IMG/VR virus record: IMGVR_UViG_3300009149_000012 | Coordinates: 1 to 64,000 of that record | From: a virus | Direction: 5' to 3' (one strand) | Length of the DNA: 64,000 nt | In this document: positions 10,253-20,713 of the stretch, piece after piece | Position numbering within the stretch: the first letter of the stretch is position 1 | Layout of the letters: every line of letters starts with the position of its first letter | Translations under genes and position numbers: made by a program | The notes under the pieces: model-generated | Databases searched by the model: none | The model's input: the letters and a program-made list of their open reading frames with translations, nothing else | What the model was told of the DNA's origin: nothing

Positions 10253-13200
10253 TAGCGCACCGTCTTAAGGTGTTCGTGGTCCTGGATCCACTTGGTCACG
10301 TGGCTCTTGAGGTACCGCTGGAAGTCGGATCCGAAGATGTCGCCACCACCGCCCGAGACGTTGACACCAATGCTCACGTTGTTGCCACCACCTCGACCGA
10401 CCGGTGAGATGGTCTCACCAGGCCCAATCGGTGCCCACCCCTCGTTGTTCGGGGTCCGAGCAATGCTTGCAACGCCGGAAGGGCCAACGAACATTGCGGT
10501 GCCGCCAATGGCATTTTTCTCTTTCTTTGGGTTGCCAAGGAAGTCCATGAGCCCCTTTTCACCCTTCTTTTGGGTGACGCTCATGACGTCCCTGCCGAAT
10601 TCCTTCGGATCAGCCCCTGCACGGATCTTCTCGATGATCCCAGCCGGGTCATCACCAGCAAGCGCCGAGTACAGGAAGTATTCCAGCAAAGCAACCCGGG
10701 CGGCGTTGAGGGTTGAATCTTCGATGACCTTGGAAACATCGTTGTCGAGTTGGGACTTGTCGAGCTTGACCCCTCGGTTGCGCAGATCCTTGTGAAGCTC
10801 TTCCAGCTTCATGGAAGCGGTCATCGTCTGGACGTGGATGCCGTTGAGCATGTCCTCTGCCGGGCTCTTGCGACTTGACCCTGTGGGCGCCACAGCCCCA
10901 AGTGGTGTAGCAGGGGGGACCGTGACAGCACCGCTTGGTTGCCCGCTTGGAGCGGCTCCGGGTGACCCGGCTGGGGATCCCGCTGGGGCTGTTGGTGCCG
11001 AAGGATTCGCCGCTGTCGCTGCCGCTGCCGCTGGACCCGGCGCTCCAGCGCCACCAGGGGGCCCCATCTTGGTGGTGTCACCGATGATACCCGTAATCTG
11101 ACGAGCCGACATATTTCCGAAAAGAGCCGACATAAACGCGCCACGCTGTTCGTCTGTCAACCCTGCTCCCGACATAGCACTCTCGATCCCAGCACTCTCG
11201 CCTTCCTCTGTGGAAATTCCTGTCACTAGCTTTTTTAGTTGGTCGCCGCCGATTCCTGAAGCCTGTCCAGCGGTCCGAATCCGTTGTTGACCTTCAAGAG
11301 TGACACCGCTTTCACCCCCTAACAAACCCACGCCAGTAAGCGTGCTGTCAATATCTGTACTCACAGCCTTGTAAATGTTGCGATATTGATCCTGCAAAGT
11401 TTGCTTTTCAAGCTGAACTGCCTTTAGCTCGGCTTCCAACTTTGCTTTTGCTTCAGGGGTTTGAGCGTTCCCGATGGCCGTCCCAAGCTCTGCTTCCCGA
11501 GCATTCAACCCCTCTACCTTTGAGGATGTCCCTCGGAGTGTTGATCGAACAGCCACACCGCCCCCGCTCTCGATAGCAGCCTTTTTGTACTTCTCGACGT
11601 CGCCCCCGGAAGCCTTCCACAAATCGATCAAGTCTTTGCGACCAGATTTCCTAACCTCAAGACCTGTTCGGTCGGCCTCATCGCCCACCGTCTGTAGAAT
11701 AGCGTCCCAAATGCCCATCATAGCGTTGTAGATTTGGTTCATCATGAAGTCGACGATGATCCCGAGCTTGTCGAGCATCGAAGTCATCAAGTCCCCTTGC
11801 TTCTCGGCTGCCGACCTTGTATCCCCCATTTCCTCGATGACCTTCTTTTGGTCAGGCTCCATCCGGTCGAAAAGCTCATCGTATGCCATCGTCTGGATTT
11901 TTTTGGCTTCCTCAGGATTGTTTTTCATCTCCTGAGTACGGAAGTCCTCCATCACCTGTTCGAAGATGACCATCTGATCAAGCTGTTCCTCGGAGATGCC
12001 CAGGTTTTCAGCCATCATCTCAGCGCCGATGCTACCCCGGGCATCCATGAGCGTCTTAGCACCCCCAGCGAACCGACTAAGAGCATCCTGCATGACTTCC
12101 AAGGACGCACCTGGTCCCAAAGTCCGTGCTGCCATCGCCGTGGCGAACGGACCGCCCTTGCTAGCCATCGAATCTTGCGTTCGGGTATGGATGATTGCTT
12201 CCGTAAGCTCACCAACCATCGCTTCAGGCACACCTTTGAGAATCTCAGAGGTGCTTACCTTTCGGTCCCGAATCTGTGCCTCCAAGGCTCCTGTATCACC
12301 ACCAGTCACACCAGCAATCTTGCCTGCGATTCCGGAAGTCTTGCGCTTGATATCCCTCTGGACCGCACCAGCGACCTTTTTCGGACCCGCCAGCAAAGTC
12401 AGACGAAGTCGTTCGAGCCGCCCCATCCCCTTGAGGCCCTTCATAGCCGTGTTGAAGAATTCTTGAGCTGTTCGGGGGCTCATGGCCTTACCGATCTTGC
12501 CGAGAAGCTTCACGGCATCGCCCATGCGCACGTTCCACAAAGCAAGGTCGGAGCTAATGCCTCGAATCATCCCGAAAAACTTGTTAAAGGCAATCCCCGA
12601 ATCACCAGCCGCCATCTTCATCTTCTCGAACTCGAAGCCGACTTCCCCGGCGCTCATCGCCATGTTCGACATCAAATCCGCCTGAAAGCTACCGATCTCG
12701 TTGAGGGACACGCCGAAAGCCCGAGAGTAGGCGACCGCCGACATGGTCGCTTGCTGGAAATTCATCACTGTTCGGGTCGCCGCACCGGCACTCTTCTGAT
12801 ACGACTTGAATTCCTCTGACAAGTCGTATAGCTCGACACCCTCTTGCGTAAGAACGTTGGTGAAGGCGATATGTTCGGCCTTCGAGATGCCCATTTTGAG
12901 GTTGGAAAGACTGAAGGCATCATCCCTCAGACTTTTCATTGTCCCGTCAAGCTTCGCAAACGCTATGTCGGCGTTGTTCGCATTGGCTGTAAGAAACTTG
13001 CCCGTTGATGCTGAAGTCAAAATCTGCTTGTTGAAGTCTTTCGCTGCCGCTTCGGCATCGAGCATGAGCTTCACAACCCCGACCAAGGCTGAAGCCAAGC
13101 CAGCAACAAGGGGGCCGATTTTCGCTAGAACACCCGCCACCTTGGAAAACTTACCCATCATCTTTGAAAGGCCAACAATCCCCTTAGCGCCTGCGAATTG

Positions 13201-13857
13201 GACAGCCCCGGCCGCACCTTTACGTTGCTTACCTGCAAGCGCCTGTCTTCCAGCGAACTTTCGCATCGCCTTTCCGACGCCCGGGCCTGTCCCAGCACTG
13301 AGGCTACGCATGCTGCCCTCAATGATGGTCCCCATGAGCTTACCGCCAGCCTGAAAAGCCCCAGCGATGTCCTTTTGCAGTAGCTTGCCGAAGACGTTCG
13401 TTCCCTCGAAAGCCTTTTTGATGTCGCCAGCGAACGCCACGAACTTGAGCTTGATTGTCTTCTTTGCCAGCTTCTCGGTCTCGTTTCGGACCCGATTGAG
13501 GGCCTTGATCCGAGCCTGCGTGGACTTCATTTCCTGTCGAGCTTTGGTTTGCTCGGCAGTGCTTCCCTTTTTCGCTGTGTCTTGTGCCTGCTGATAGGTC
13601 CGGTTGAGATGCTTGATCTCATTGTCGACCATCTTGATGGCGTGCTTGCTGGCTTGCACTTCCTGACGCCACGCACTCCACCCCTTGCGTGCACCCTCGA
13701 CGCCCGCCATGGTCGCCTTGTCCATCCCTCGCATGGCCTTGGTGATGTCCTTGGCACTGCGCATGAACTCCTTGTCGACAGCCTGAAGCCCTCGGATGGC
13801 ACCCTTGGTGTCATACTCAATCTGAAATTTGAGGACTTCAGTAATTGAATCGACCAT
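10252..13857 (-). CDS. Tail tape measure protein
   Basis: 1201 aa, helical, Ala/Gly/Lys-rich, with a hydrophobic stretch (GPLVAGLASALVGVV). Canonical order tube-chaperones-TMP-baseplate. Confidence 0.8.
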   Translation of the reverse strand: MVDSITEVLKFQIEYDTKGAIRGLQAVDKEFMRSAKDITKAMRGMDKATMAGVEGARKGWSAWRQEVQASKHAIKMVDNEIKHLNRTYQQAQDTAKKGSTAEQTKARQEMKSTQARIKALNRVRNETEKLAKKTIKLKFVAFAGDIKKAFEGTNVFGKLLQKDIAGAFQAGGKLMGTIIEGSMRSLSAGTGPGVGKAMRKFAGRQALAGKQRKGAAGAVQFAGAKGIVGLSKMMGKFSKVAGVLAKIGPLVAGLASALVGVVKLMLDAEAAAKDFNKQILTSASTGKFLTANANNADIAFAKLDGTMKSLRDDAFSLSNLKMGISKAEHIAFTNVLTQEGVELYDLSEEFKSYQKSAGAATRTVMNFQQATMSAVAYSRAFGVSLNEIGSFQADLMSNMAMSAGEVGFEFEKMKMAAGDSGIAFNKFFGMIRGISSDLALWNVRMGDAVKLLGKIGKAMSPRTAQEFFNTAMKGLKGMGRLERLRLTLLAGPKKVAGAVQRDIKRKTSGIAGKIAGVTGGDTGALEAQIRDRKVSTSEILKGVPEAMVGELTEAIIHTRTQDSMASKGGPFATAMAARTLGPGASLEVMQDALSRFAGGAKTLMDARGSIGAEMMAENLGISEEQLDQMVIFEQVMEDFRTQEMKNNPEEAKKIQTMAYDELFDRMEPDQKKVIEEMGDTRSAAEKQGDLMTSMLDKLGIIVDFMMNQIYNAMMGIWDAILQTVGDEADRTGLEVRKSGRKDLIDLWKASGGDVEKYKKAAIESGGGVAVRSTLRGTSSKVEGLNAREAELGTAIGNAQTPEAKAKLEAELKAVQLEKQTLQDQYRNIYKAVSTDIDSTLTGVGLLGGESGVTLEGQQRIRTAGQASGIGGDQLKKLVTGISTEEGESAGIESAMSGAGLTDEQRGAFMSALFGNMSARQITGIIGDTTKMGPPGGAGAPGPAAAAATAANPSAPTAPAGSPAGSPGAAPSGQPSGAVTVPPATPLGAVAPTGSSRKSPAEDMLNGIHVQTMTASMKLEELHKDLRNRGVKLDKSQLDNDVSKVIEDSTLNAARVALLEYFLYSALAGDDPAGIIEKIRAGADPKEFGRDVMSVTQKKGEKGLMDFLGNPKKEKNAIGGTAMFVGPSGVASIARTPNNEGWAPIGPGETISPVGRGGGNNVSIGVNVSGGGGDIFGSDFQRYLKSHVTKWIQDHEHLKTVR

Positions 13858-13860
13858 CGA

Positions 13861-15054
13861 CTATCTCCGGGCCTTTCTAACAGGGATCGGCATGATGGGG
13901 GCTTGGGGTTTAAGCCCCCACTTATCCATGAAGTTATCAGTCTTTTCGGGGTCTTGTTGTGGCATCTCCGCAACCCCTTGTTTTTTCCCTCTTTTCATGA
14001 GTCGACGTTGAACCTGTAGTGCGGTCAGTCCTTCGAAGTCGGTTGCTCCGGTCGTCTGACGGTTGCCCCACTCTTGGTCTCGGGCCTTAGCAAGCTCGGC
14101 GAGCCGAGCTTGCTGCTTCTGTTGACCGTCACGCACACGTTGCTCGTGCTGTTCAATGACCGTGTCGTGCCAGTCCTTCTCGCCACGAAGACTCTTCTCA
14201 AGCTGTTCGGCCAACTCTTCCGTCGTCTTGGCCGTGACCATCACAGCGCTGCCCTTCTGGGTCTTCTTATCGTTGAGATCCTCGCCGAACAGAACGTGGC
14301 GTAGGATCCGGTCACGGCGGGAGATCTTCTCTTCCTTGATCTTGCGGCGCCGATCGTTGTCCTGCGAGTAGACCTTGGAAATTCCTTTGCCAGCGAAACA
14401 GGAGCCTACGAACTTGGCGTTGTCCCACTCACGTTCGATCAAGTCCTGTTGGTCCTCGTAGAAGTTGAGCGCTCGCCACACCAACTGAGACCAGTTGAGC
14501 CCAAGATGCTCGGAACCCGAAACCCCTGTGACAGCCGGGCTCGTCATGTCCATGCCCTGAAGCTGTGCCCACCGAAACCGGCTCGAAGGCTCCATCACGA
14601 ACGCTTCTGTAAGCGTCACGGCATCCGCCGCCCGCCGATTCACTTCCCCCACATGCCGTACAACCTTCTGCCGGACCCGGCGAGGTAGCCCGTGGAACAT
14701 GCTCGCCATCTCCGAGAGCCATTGGTGCCTGTCTGGCAGGATGTTCTGTCCGTCCACCATGAATATGTTGTATGCCAAGAAAAGGTCTTGGAACTTGGCC
14801 TTACCAGCACCGAGGTTGGCCGCTTCGAACTCATGGTGGTTGATGGACTTGAACACGAAGTGGACGCCGTTGATCTCACCGGGGAAGGTGAGGAAGCCCC
14901 GTGTGAGTATGGGCTCGACGTCCTTGAAGATGGCTTGGTTGACTTCCGGAGGCGTAGGCGCTTTGATGCGGATGTCATCCGGATCGGGCTCCCCGGATTG
15001 TTGACGAGCTAGCTTTTGCTGCTCCTTTGCATAGCGCTCTTCCTCCTTGTCCAT
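13861..15054 (-). CDS. Putative tail assembly chaperone 2
   Basis: Lies between the tube/chaperone genes and the TMP; charged helical protein. Confidence 0.5.
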   Translation of the reverse strand: MDKEEERYAKEQQKLARQQSGEPDPDDIRIKAPTPPEVNQAIFKDVEPILTRGFLTFPGEINGVHFVFKSINHHEFEAANLGAGKAKFQDLFLAYNIFMVDGQNILPDRHQWLSEMASMFHGLPRRVRQKVVRHVGEVNRRAADAVTLTEAFVMEPSSRFRWAQLQGMDMTSPAVTGVSGSEHLGLNWSQLVWRALNFYEDQQDLIEREWDNAKFVGSCFAGKGISKVYSQDNDRRRKIKEEKISRRDRILRHVLFGEDLNDKKTQKGSAVMVTAKTTEELAEQLEKSLRGEKDWHDTVIEQHEQRVRDGQQKQQARLAELAKARDQEWGNRQTTGATDFEGLTALQVQRRLMKRGKKQGVAEMPQQDPEKTDNFMDKWGLKPQAPIMPIPVRKARR

Positions 15055-15057
15055 GGC

Positions 15058-16182
15058 CTACGTTGCCGGTGGCTTCCACTTGGGGTTGAGCCCACCGGTT
15101 GGAGGCTGGTCCAAGATGTTGCGAACCTCTTGTGGGTTCACGGGGATAGGCCGGATTTCAGCAGCCGGTCGGCGGGGCCGGGGGCGGTTCGGATCGGGGG
15201 GCTGAACGGCTTCCGGAACCGGAGCCCCAACACCCACAGCGTCTTCCTGTGCTGCGATCTCCTCCGAACGTTTTGAGCGAACCGCCATTGACGTGGGGGG
15301 AGCCACTTGAGCGGGAGGAGCGCCCGGGCCTGTCGGGACCATCTGGTTCGGTTGCGGCTGCGGGGGGGCCGGGGGCTGTACCTCTTCAGGTGGGGGCGCT
15401 GCCCGATTGAGAGGCTGCCGGTCCCTCATGAGTTGCTGAGGATCTGGCGTGGTCTCGGCTGCCTGTGGAACGACCTTGTCGAGGCGTTCGACCGCCGCTT
15501 GCGCATCTTCCTTCTCACGGGCGCTCTTGTGGGCGTAGCCCGCTTCATCCAAGATGTTGGCGAACATCTCTTTCTGAGCTTCGACTTCGACTTCCTTCAA
15601 CTCCGCAATGAGCCGACGGGCCTTCTCCTCAATCGTCTCATCCGGGATGGTGAAGGTGACGCCCTTGGTCGCTTCCTCATCGGCCTTGACCAAGTTCTCT
15701 GCAAACTTCCGATATGATGTGGAGATGATTTCCCGGCTCCACGTGTTCACAACGTTCCGGCGCACCCACTCATGAAGCTCCAAAGAGACTTCACGAGGCT
15801 CGCCCGTGGGGGGCTTGATCGTTGCTTGGCATCGAGAAGTAAGCGCCGAGTCCTTGACTTGCTTCGCCGTCGACTCGTCAGGGGCAAGCACCTCGACGAT
15901 CCAAGCACCGGAAGGCGCCTCATCCTCGATAAACTCGACCCCTCGAAGGTCAACTTCGTTGATTTGTAGAAGCGCCCGGCAGATGTGGGACTTCTGGAAT
16001 TCGAAAAGATATTCGGCGTCGTCGAGCCCTTCAACCTCTTGAACGATTGCCTCAAGCTCGTTCGGCCGCATATTTCGAAGGACAAGTTTCATCCCCATGA
16101 GGGTGAACTCATCCTCGATCAACCCGATGTTCTGCGCCTTTCGAAGCGCCTCTTGAATCTTACTCGCTCGAATCGTTGTCAT
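15058..16182 (-). CDS. Putative tail assembly chaperone 1 with a Pro-rich tail
   Basis: Directly downstream of the tube gene; FTLMGMKLVLRNMRPNE...ICRALLQINEVDL resembles chaperones. Confidence 0.55.
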   Translation of the reverse strand: MTTIRASKIQEALRKAQNIGLIEDEFTLMGMKLVLRNMRPNELEAIVQEVEGLDDAEYLFEFQKSHICRALLQINEVDLRGVEFIEDEAPSGAWIVEVLAPDESTAKQVKDSALTSRCQATIKPPTGEPREVSLELHEWVRRNVVNTWSREIISTSYRKFAENLVKADEEATKGVTFTIPDETIEEKARRLIAELKEVEVEAQKEMFANILDEAGYAHKSAREKEDAQAAVERLDKVVPQAAETTPDPQQLMRDRQPLNRAAPPPEEVQPPAPPQPQPNQMVPTGPGAPPAQVAPPTSMAVRSKRSEEIAAQEDAVGVGAPVPEAVQPPDPNRPRPRRPAAEIRPIPVNPQEVRNILDQPPTGGLNPKWKPPAT

Positions 16183-16293
16183 CCCAATTTCCTTTCGGGA
16201 CGACTACGGAGCGATGGGCCCCATCTAGGTTTTTATCTGATCCCTGCTAGGGGTGAACCTTACTGATCCCATCTATATCTCCATTGTCGTCGA

Positions 16294-17031
16294 CTAGAGG
16301 CCAGCGGCGAGCGTTTCAGCGCCCGTGTTCACGTTCCGTGAACCACTGTACCTCAAGCTGTATCCGAGACCCGGCTCAGCGCCAACGTCCGAAGCGTAGG
16401 GCGAAAGACCGGTGTCCACGAATTCTCCGTACGCACTCGTGCCGTCGATGACGTCTGTGACGGTCACGGACGAGTTTTCGGTCACGATCGCCGCATCCGA
16501 CGTGTAGGAAGCGCTGTAGCTGTTGAGCCAGCACCCCTCGTAGAACGTCAACAGAGCGTACACGGTGGGCAGAACGCCGGCCGCATTCGTGCTTCGTGCG
16601 ATCACGTTGTTGCCAGCGGTGCCATCCATGTCCTGTTCGCTCGTGATCTCGGAGAACACAAGCTCTTGGCGGATGTCGAAGGCCCAACGGTGATGCTTGA
16701 GTGACCGAACGAGCCCCTCGACGCCACCACGATACCCTAACGTTTGGAAGAGGTTCACGGCGTACATCAAGGTCTTGTTCAAAGTCAGGGTCATCGGCTC
16801 CGTCACGCCAGGCACAAGTTCGGCGATTTGATCACCAAAACCCACGCCCCTGACGGACTCAACGCCTCGCGACTCGTCATGGCCGAACTCGTTCACAGCC
16901 CCAATTTGCTGGAACTGTTTCTTGCCGACCATGTAGCCGTAGACTTTGTTCTTCTGGGAAATAGCCGAACGAGTGTTGGGCGCAGTCCCCATGCGGTAGA
17001 TGTAATTTGAGGTATCGGAAGGCGCACCCAT
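16294..17031 (-). CDS. Tail tube protein
   Basis: IGAVNEF...ESRGVESVRGVGFGDQIAELVPG...TLTLNK...FDIRQE...YEGCWLNSYS...IVTEN, typical of myophage tubes. Confidence 0.75.
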   Translation of the reverse strand: MGAPSDTSNYIYRMGTAPNTRSAISQKNKVYGYMVGKKQFQQIGAVNEFGHDESRGVESVRGVGFGDQIAELVPGVTEPMTLTLNKTLMYAVNLFQTLGYRGGVEGLVRSLKHHRWAFDIRQELVFSEITSEQDMDGTAGNNVIARSTNAAGVLPTVYALLTFYEGCWLNSYSASYTSDAAIVTENSSVTVTDVIDGTSAYGEFVDTGLSPYASDVGAEPGLGYSLRYSGSRNVNTGAETLAAGL

Positions 17032-17034
17032 TTG

Positions 17035-17748
17035 TCACTTCTCCGGTGGGAAGAACAGACCGTGAATGCGGCTCGCTTCCTGGTCGAGTTGGGCCAGGCG
17101 GTCCGTCGCATCGGACAATTTGTTCTCCAGCAGCACATCGTTGAGGGTCGACGTGACGGTGTACAAGTCTTCACGGGCTTTCGACGCATTGAACTTGCGG
17201 CCCGCCGTCATCAACTCGTCAATCTTTTGGCCCGTTGCCTGGACCTTCTGAAGAATGTCGGTTGCCGTGAGAGTGTTGGTCTCGACAAGGTCAGGACACC
17301 CCTGACCTTGTGCGCTTTCGCACAAGCCCGCCAAAGCATCCGTAAACGCCTTGCGCTTGTCGGCAGACACCTCACCATTGGCAGCTTCAACCTGAACTGC
17401 CGCCATGGTCTGCTCTACCGTTGCCAGCTTCGATCCGATCTCTTTGAGGTTCGGCATTCTTCGTTCTCCAGTCGTAGATCCACAACCAAGTGTTCGGATA
17501 AGTGGACTAGCAGCCCACCGGGAACGGCGAGGTGCGAGAACCTCCCACATCTGGTCGATGTCCACAGAAAGCATGGCACTTCCAGATTTGAGGAACTCAT
17601 CGAGCGCACGCCGGGCAAAGGACGTCGACAGCGCAAGCTTACGCACGAAATCCAGAGCGCTCACAGGCCCTAGATTCAGCTTCTGTCCACCTGGTAGCTG
17701 GACAAAGGCAACATTCCCGTCTGTGGAAATGTCAACGAGACTTCGCAT
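17035..17748 (-). CDS. Hypothetical protein
   Basis: 237-aa ORF tightly packed upstream of the tube gene. Confidence 0.65.
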   Translation of the reverse strand: MRSLVDISTDGNVAFVQLPGGQKLNLGPVSALDFVRKLALSTSFARRALDEFLKSGSAMLSVDIDQMWEVLAPRRSRWAASPLIRTLGCGSTTGERRMPNLKEIGSKLATVEQTMAAVQVEAANGEVSADKRKAFTDALAGLCESAQGQGCPDLVETNTLTATDILQKVQATGQKIDELMTAGRKFNASKAREDLYTVTSTLNDVLLENKLSDATDRLAQLDQEASRIHGLFFPPEK

Positions 17749-17771
17749 GCCTTACATACCCCACAAGAGGA

Positions 17772-18581
17772 TCACACACGAACGAAGACTTCCATGAGAT
17801 CTTTTTGCTCAATCAGGGTCCCTTCACTGGGTCCGAAAAGCCAGTTTTTCTCGGCTTTCCACGAGGTTCGAAGCCCCATGGCGGTTTCCATTTCGTTCAA
17901 GATGGCGGCGGCGTTCCAAAGATCGAAGCCCACCAACTCGCTCTTGCGCGCTGCCACAACCGTCAACCGGTCCTCCTTAGCATAAAACAAGAACCCTCGA
18001 AGGTGCCCCTCCCGGAAAAGTTCAATCCAATCCGCCAGCAAGAGACCCGTTTCCGACTTCCCAATCACAAAACCGTTGGTTCCGACGTCCAGGACCCTGG
18101 GAGGCGGCGGTTCTGAGGGAAGGGAAGGGAGCGACCCGGTGTGAACATAGGTGTGGATCCAATCGACCGCCGTTCTGACCCGCTCCCCCAACTGAGCTTC
18201 ACTACCAGCGCCATGCACATAACGGCGCAAAAACTCCACGAATCGGGCAAAGTCTCGATCCACATGCGCTAAGGCAATGAGCCCTAGTCGATGAACTAGA
18301 TCCACCTCGTAGACAAGACCTGGCATCCGAGGGTGGATCGCCAAGTCCCTCTTGAGAAACAGGGCGATGGCAAACAATGTGTCCACATCCCTGATCTCAG
18401 ATGTAGCAAACACGGTGAAAAAGGGCGTCCCTATGATGAGATCTTCGAAAAACCTAGGAAGGCTCTCGTAGGAATTCAAAGCATGGACATCCATACCAAA
18501 CAAAACAGCATGGGAGGCGTCTTCAGAGTCTTCAGAAAACCGATGATCTATGCGGACGGAAAGCTCAATGGGCTCGACCAT
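17772..18581 (-). CDS. Hypothetical protein (weak DHH-phosphoesterase-like resemblance)
   Basis: 269-aa ORF; DVDTLFAIALF resembles a DxD motif only weakly. Confidence 0.55.
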   Translation of the reverse strand: MVEPIELSVRIDHRFSEDSEDASHAVLFGMDVHALNSYESLPRFFEDLIIGTPFFTVFATSEIRDVDTLFAIALFLKRDLAIHPRMPGLVYEVDLVHRLGLIALAHVDRDFARFVEFLRRYVHGAGSEAQLGERVRTAVDWIHTYVHTGSLPSLPSEPPPPRVLDVGTNGFVIGKSETGLLLADWIELFREGHLRGFLFYAKEDRLTVVAARKSELVGFDLWNAAAILNEMETAMGLRTSWKAEKNWLFGPSEGTLIEQKDLMEVFVRV

Positions 18582-18593
18582 CCGCCAAGGGTA

Positions 18594-19373
18594 TCACGGG
18601 TTCCCGCTGTGTGGAATGACAAGAGAGGGGCTGGCACCAGGGAGTCCTTTCGCCCCGGCCGGACCCTTGTCTCCCGGGGGGCCTTTGTCGCCAGGCGAGC
18701 CTTTGTCACCCGGGGGACCTTTGGGACCGACTTTACCCACCGAGCCCTTGTCGCCAGCGGGTCCCTTGTCGCCCTGGTGGCCTTTATCGCCCGGTGACCC
18801 CTTGGGTCCTTTGGCTCCGGTCGGGCCCCGCTTGCCTTCAAGCTGAGCAAGGATGCGGGGGTCATCTCGAATGGCATCGGCCAACGCAGACCGCAGCGCC
18901 TCATCATTCCGCAATTTGTCGACCAACAAAACCCGAAGCGCGTCATTGTCGGCAATCTTTTTGATGAGCATCGAGATGCGCTCTTCGTCAGATTGATTGA
19001 CGACGTCCTTGGCCTTGGATTCTGACCACCCCTCGACCTGGTTTCGATACTCGTTGGAGTCAGCGATCTGACTTACCATCTGCTGTCGGAAGTCATGGTT
19101 GTCGACGACGTTGGCCTTGACCACCTCAAGTGACCACGTTCTTACCAAGTCCTCAGCTTTGAATGCCCCGACCACCCCCAATCCGATCGTTGCGAGCATG
19201 AACCACACGAAGCTCTTTTCCAAGATCTTGCTGCGGTCGCCAATGACCTTCTCGATTTGACCCCACCAGTTCGGAGGGGGTTCGGGGACCTGAGTCACCC
19301 GGGTCGGGGGTGAGGGCGAAACTTCAGAAAGCCGGCTTGGCTCTTGACTGTTCGGGGGTGTGGAGTCTGGCAT
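18594..19373 (-). CDS. Membrane-anchored collagen-like protein
   Basis: TM segment [17 protein letters not shown] followed by 23 uninterrupted G-X-Y triplets. Confidence 0.85.
   Translation of the reverse strand: MPDSTPPNSQEPSRLSEVSPSPPTRVTQVPEPPPNWWGQIEKVIGDRSKILEKSFVWFMLATIGLGVVGAFKAEDLVRTWSLEVVKANVVDNHDFRQQMVSQIADSNEYRNQVEGWSESKAKDVVNQSDEERISMLIKKIADNDALRVLLVDKLRNDEALRSALADAIRDDPRILAQLEGKRGPTGAKGPKGSPGDKGHQGDKGPAGDKGSVGKVGPKGPPGDKGSPGDKGPPGDKGPAGAKGLPGASPSLVIPHSGNP
18630..18836 (-). repeat. Collagen G-X-Y repeat (23 triplets)
   Basis: [24 protein letters not shown] ... GLP GAS. Confidence 0.9.
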
Positions 19374-19393
19374 CGGATCCTCCCACGAATAGC

Positions 19394-19407
19394 CCTTCTA
19401 TAGAAGG
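19394..19407. promoter_or_regulatory. Perfect 14-bp palindrome between divergent genes
   Basis: CCTTCTATAGAAGG between starts at 19373 (-) and 19417 (+). Confidence 0.5.
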
Positions 19408-19416
19408 TTCAAGGGT

Positions 19417-19713
19417 ATGGACCACGAGATAGCTCAACGTGTTGCCTCCCGGTTCCTTGACCAAAAGGAAGCCGGGCGCATGGACAATATCGCGAAAGAC
19501 ATCGCGAAGGAAATCTCTCGTCTGACTGGCATCGGCATCGACAAGGCTCGGTCCATTGCCAAGGCGGTTCTCAAAAAGGCGAAGAACCCCAGCGCTCGGG
19601 ACCCTCTCGACTACGCTCGCCAACTGGGCTTCGAGGTTGAGCGGGATGTGATCGTCGGCCCCCGGGGCAAGATGAAGGTCGACGCTATCTTGGAACTCGT
19701 CCCGACCTACTGA
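19417..19713 (+). CDS. Small protein with N-terminal IAQRVASRF motif
   Basis: 98-aa ORF; motif shared with other proteins in the window. Confidence 0.7.
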   Translation: MDHEIAQRVASRFLDQKEAGRMDNIAKDIAKEISRLTGIGIDKARSIAKAVLKKAKNPSARDPLDYARQLGFEVERDVIVGPRGKMKVDAILELVPTY

Positions 19714-19789
19714 TATCAGAAAGAATCTTCTGCCCCCACAAGGGATCTTCTCCCCCGAAGGGGCCCAAGCACAAAGTTACCCCTGAAAG

Positions 19790-19823
19790 TTGACTGGCAT
19801 GCCCTTCGCACCTTAGGGGGAGC
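19790..19823 (+). promoter_or_regulatory. Class A promoter motif (TTGAYY-N15-CCTTAS-N7-ATG)
   Basis: TTGACT GGCATGCCCTTCGCA CCTTAG GGGGAGC ATG; the same spacing recurs at four other sites. Confidence 0.75.
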
Positions 19824-20081
19824 ATGGTCCTCAACATCGTCCGCTATGACTGCGGCTGCATCGGCATTCACGGGTTCGCCAAAACCCTTCTCCTCAAACC
19901 CTGTGACGGGGGGAGGGAGGACCCTACCCTCAATCCCCACTGGCGAAACATGCTCGACAAGACCCACGAGCCGGTCTCTGACGTGGTTGCTCATGACCTT
20001 CTGGACGAGCTTACGGATCTCGTCCACCTTGGGCACCGCTTCAAAGACCTGAAAAGGCTACTCGACTTCCCGATCAAGTAG
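19824..20081 (+). CDS. Small hypothetical protein
   Basis: ATG sits exactly at the class A motif start position. Confidence 0.7.
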   Translation: MVLNIVRYDCGCIGIHGFAKTLLLKPCDGGREDPTLNPHWRNMLDKTHEPVSDVVAHDLLDELTDLVHLGHRFKDLKRLLDFPIK

Positions 20082-20366
20082 CCGGTCCCAAAGTGTTGGG
20101 GGCAACGGACGGACGAGATCCCGGCAGTAGACGTCGTCTTCCGACCACTGCCAGCCACCTGAATCCCGGTGTGCATCCCAATGGTTTTTGGTGAGCACGC
20201 AGGTCTCCCCATTGGGCAAATCGATCTTGCAAGTCACCCGTGGTACCAAAAGCTCGGTCCAGGGGGGCCCCTCATTGACCCGGTGCAGCCCTTGGTGGTT
20301 TTCTTCCAGGGTGCAGTAAATCGGGTGGGTTGTGCTCGTGGGGTGGGTGGCTGGGCATTGGGGCAT
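20058..20366 (-). CDS. Small protein with two Cys/His zinc-finger-like repeats and C-terminal PTLWDRL
   Basis: C...CTLEENHQGLH and C...CVLTKNHWDAH; GGTGTAG motif upstream. Confidence 0.7.
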   Translation of the reverse strand: MPQCPATHPTSTTHPIYCTLEENHQGLHRVNEGPPWTELLVPRVTCKIDLPNGETCVLTKNHWDAHRDSGGWQWSEDDVYCRDLVRPLPPTLWDRLLDREVE

Positions 20367-20385
20367 CCCCCTTACCCTACACCAG

Positions 20386-20419
20386 TTGATCGAAGCCAGC
20401 CTAGTGCCTTAGAGGTACC
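20386..20419 (+). promoter_or_regulatory. Class A promoter motif
   Basis: TTGATC GAAGCCAGCCTAGTG CCTTAG AGGTACC ATG. Confidence 0.75.
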
Positions 20420-20713
20420 ATGAGCCCTTCCGACACCCACAACGCATTCAAAGCCGTTGCCCGCCTCGCCGTTGCCGCCGCCGCCGAGCATGTCGACCAT
20501 GCACGATTCAGTGGTGAGGATCCTGACCCGGAGATGTGCATGGGGTTGTGGCAGACCTTCCAGGACACCTTCTCCAAGAACACCTTCCCTGGCGACTATG
20601 ACTTGGCTGTGACGGTCTTCAGTGAGACCTTCAAGCACACGGTTCGAGCCGTCGCATCGGCGCTAGAGACGGCCGATGCGGCTCACGAACAGATGGAAGC
20701 TGAAGGGTTCTAG
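20420..20713 (+). CDS. Small hypothetical protein
   Basis: 97-aa ORF starting at the class A motif. Confidence 0.7.
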   Translation: MSPSDTHNAFKAVARLAVAAAAEHVDHARFSGEDPDPEMCMGLWQTFQDTFSKNTFPGDYDLAVTVFSETFKHTVRAVASALETADAAHEQMEAEGF

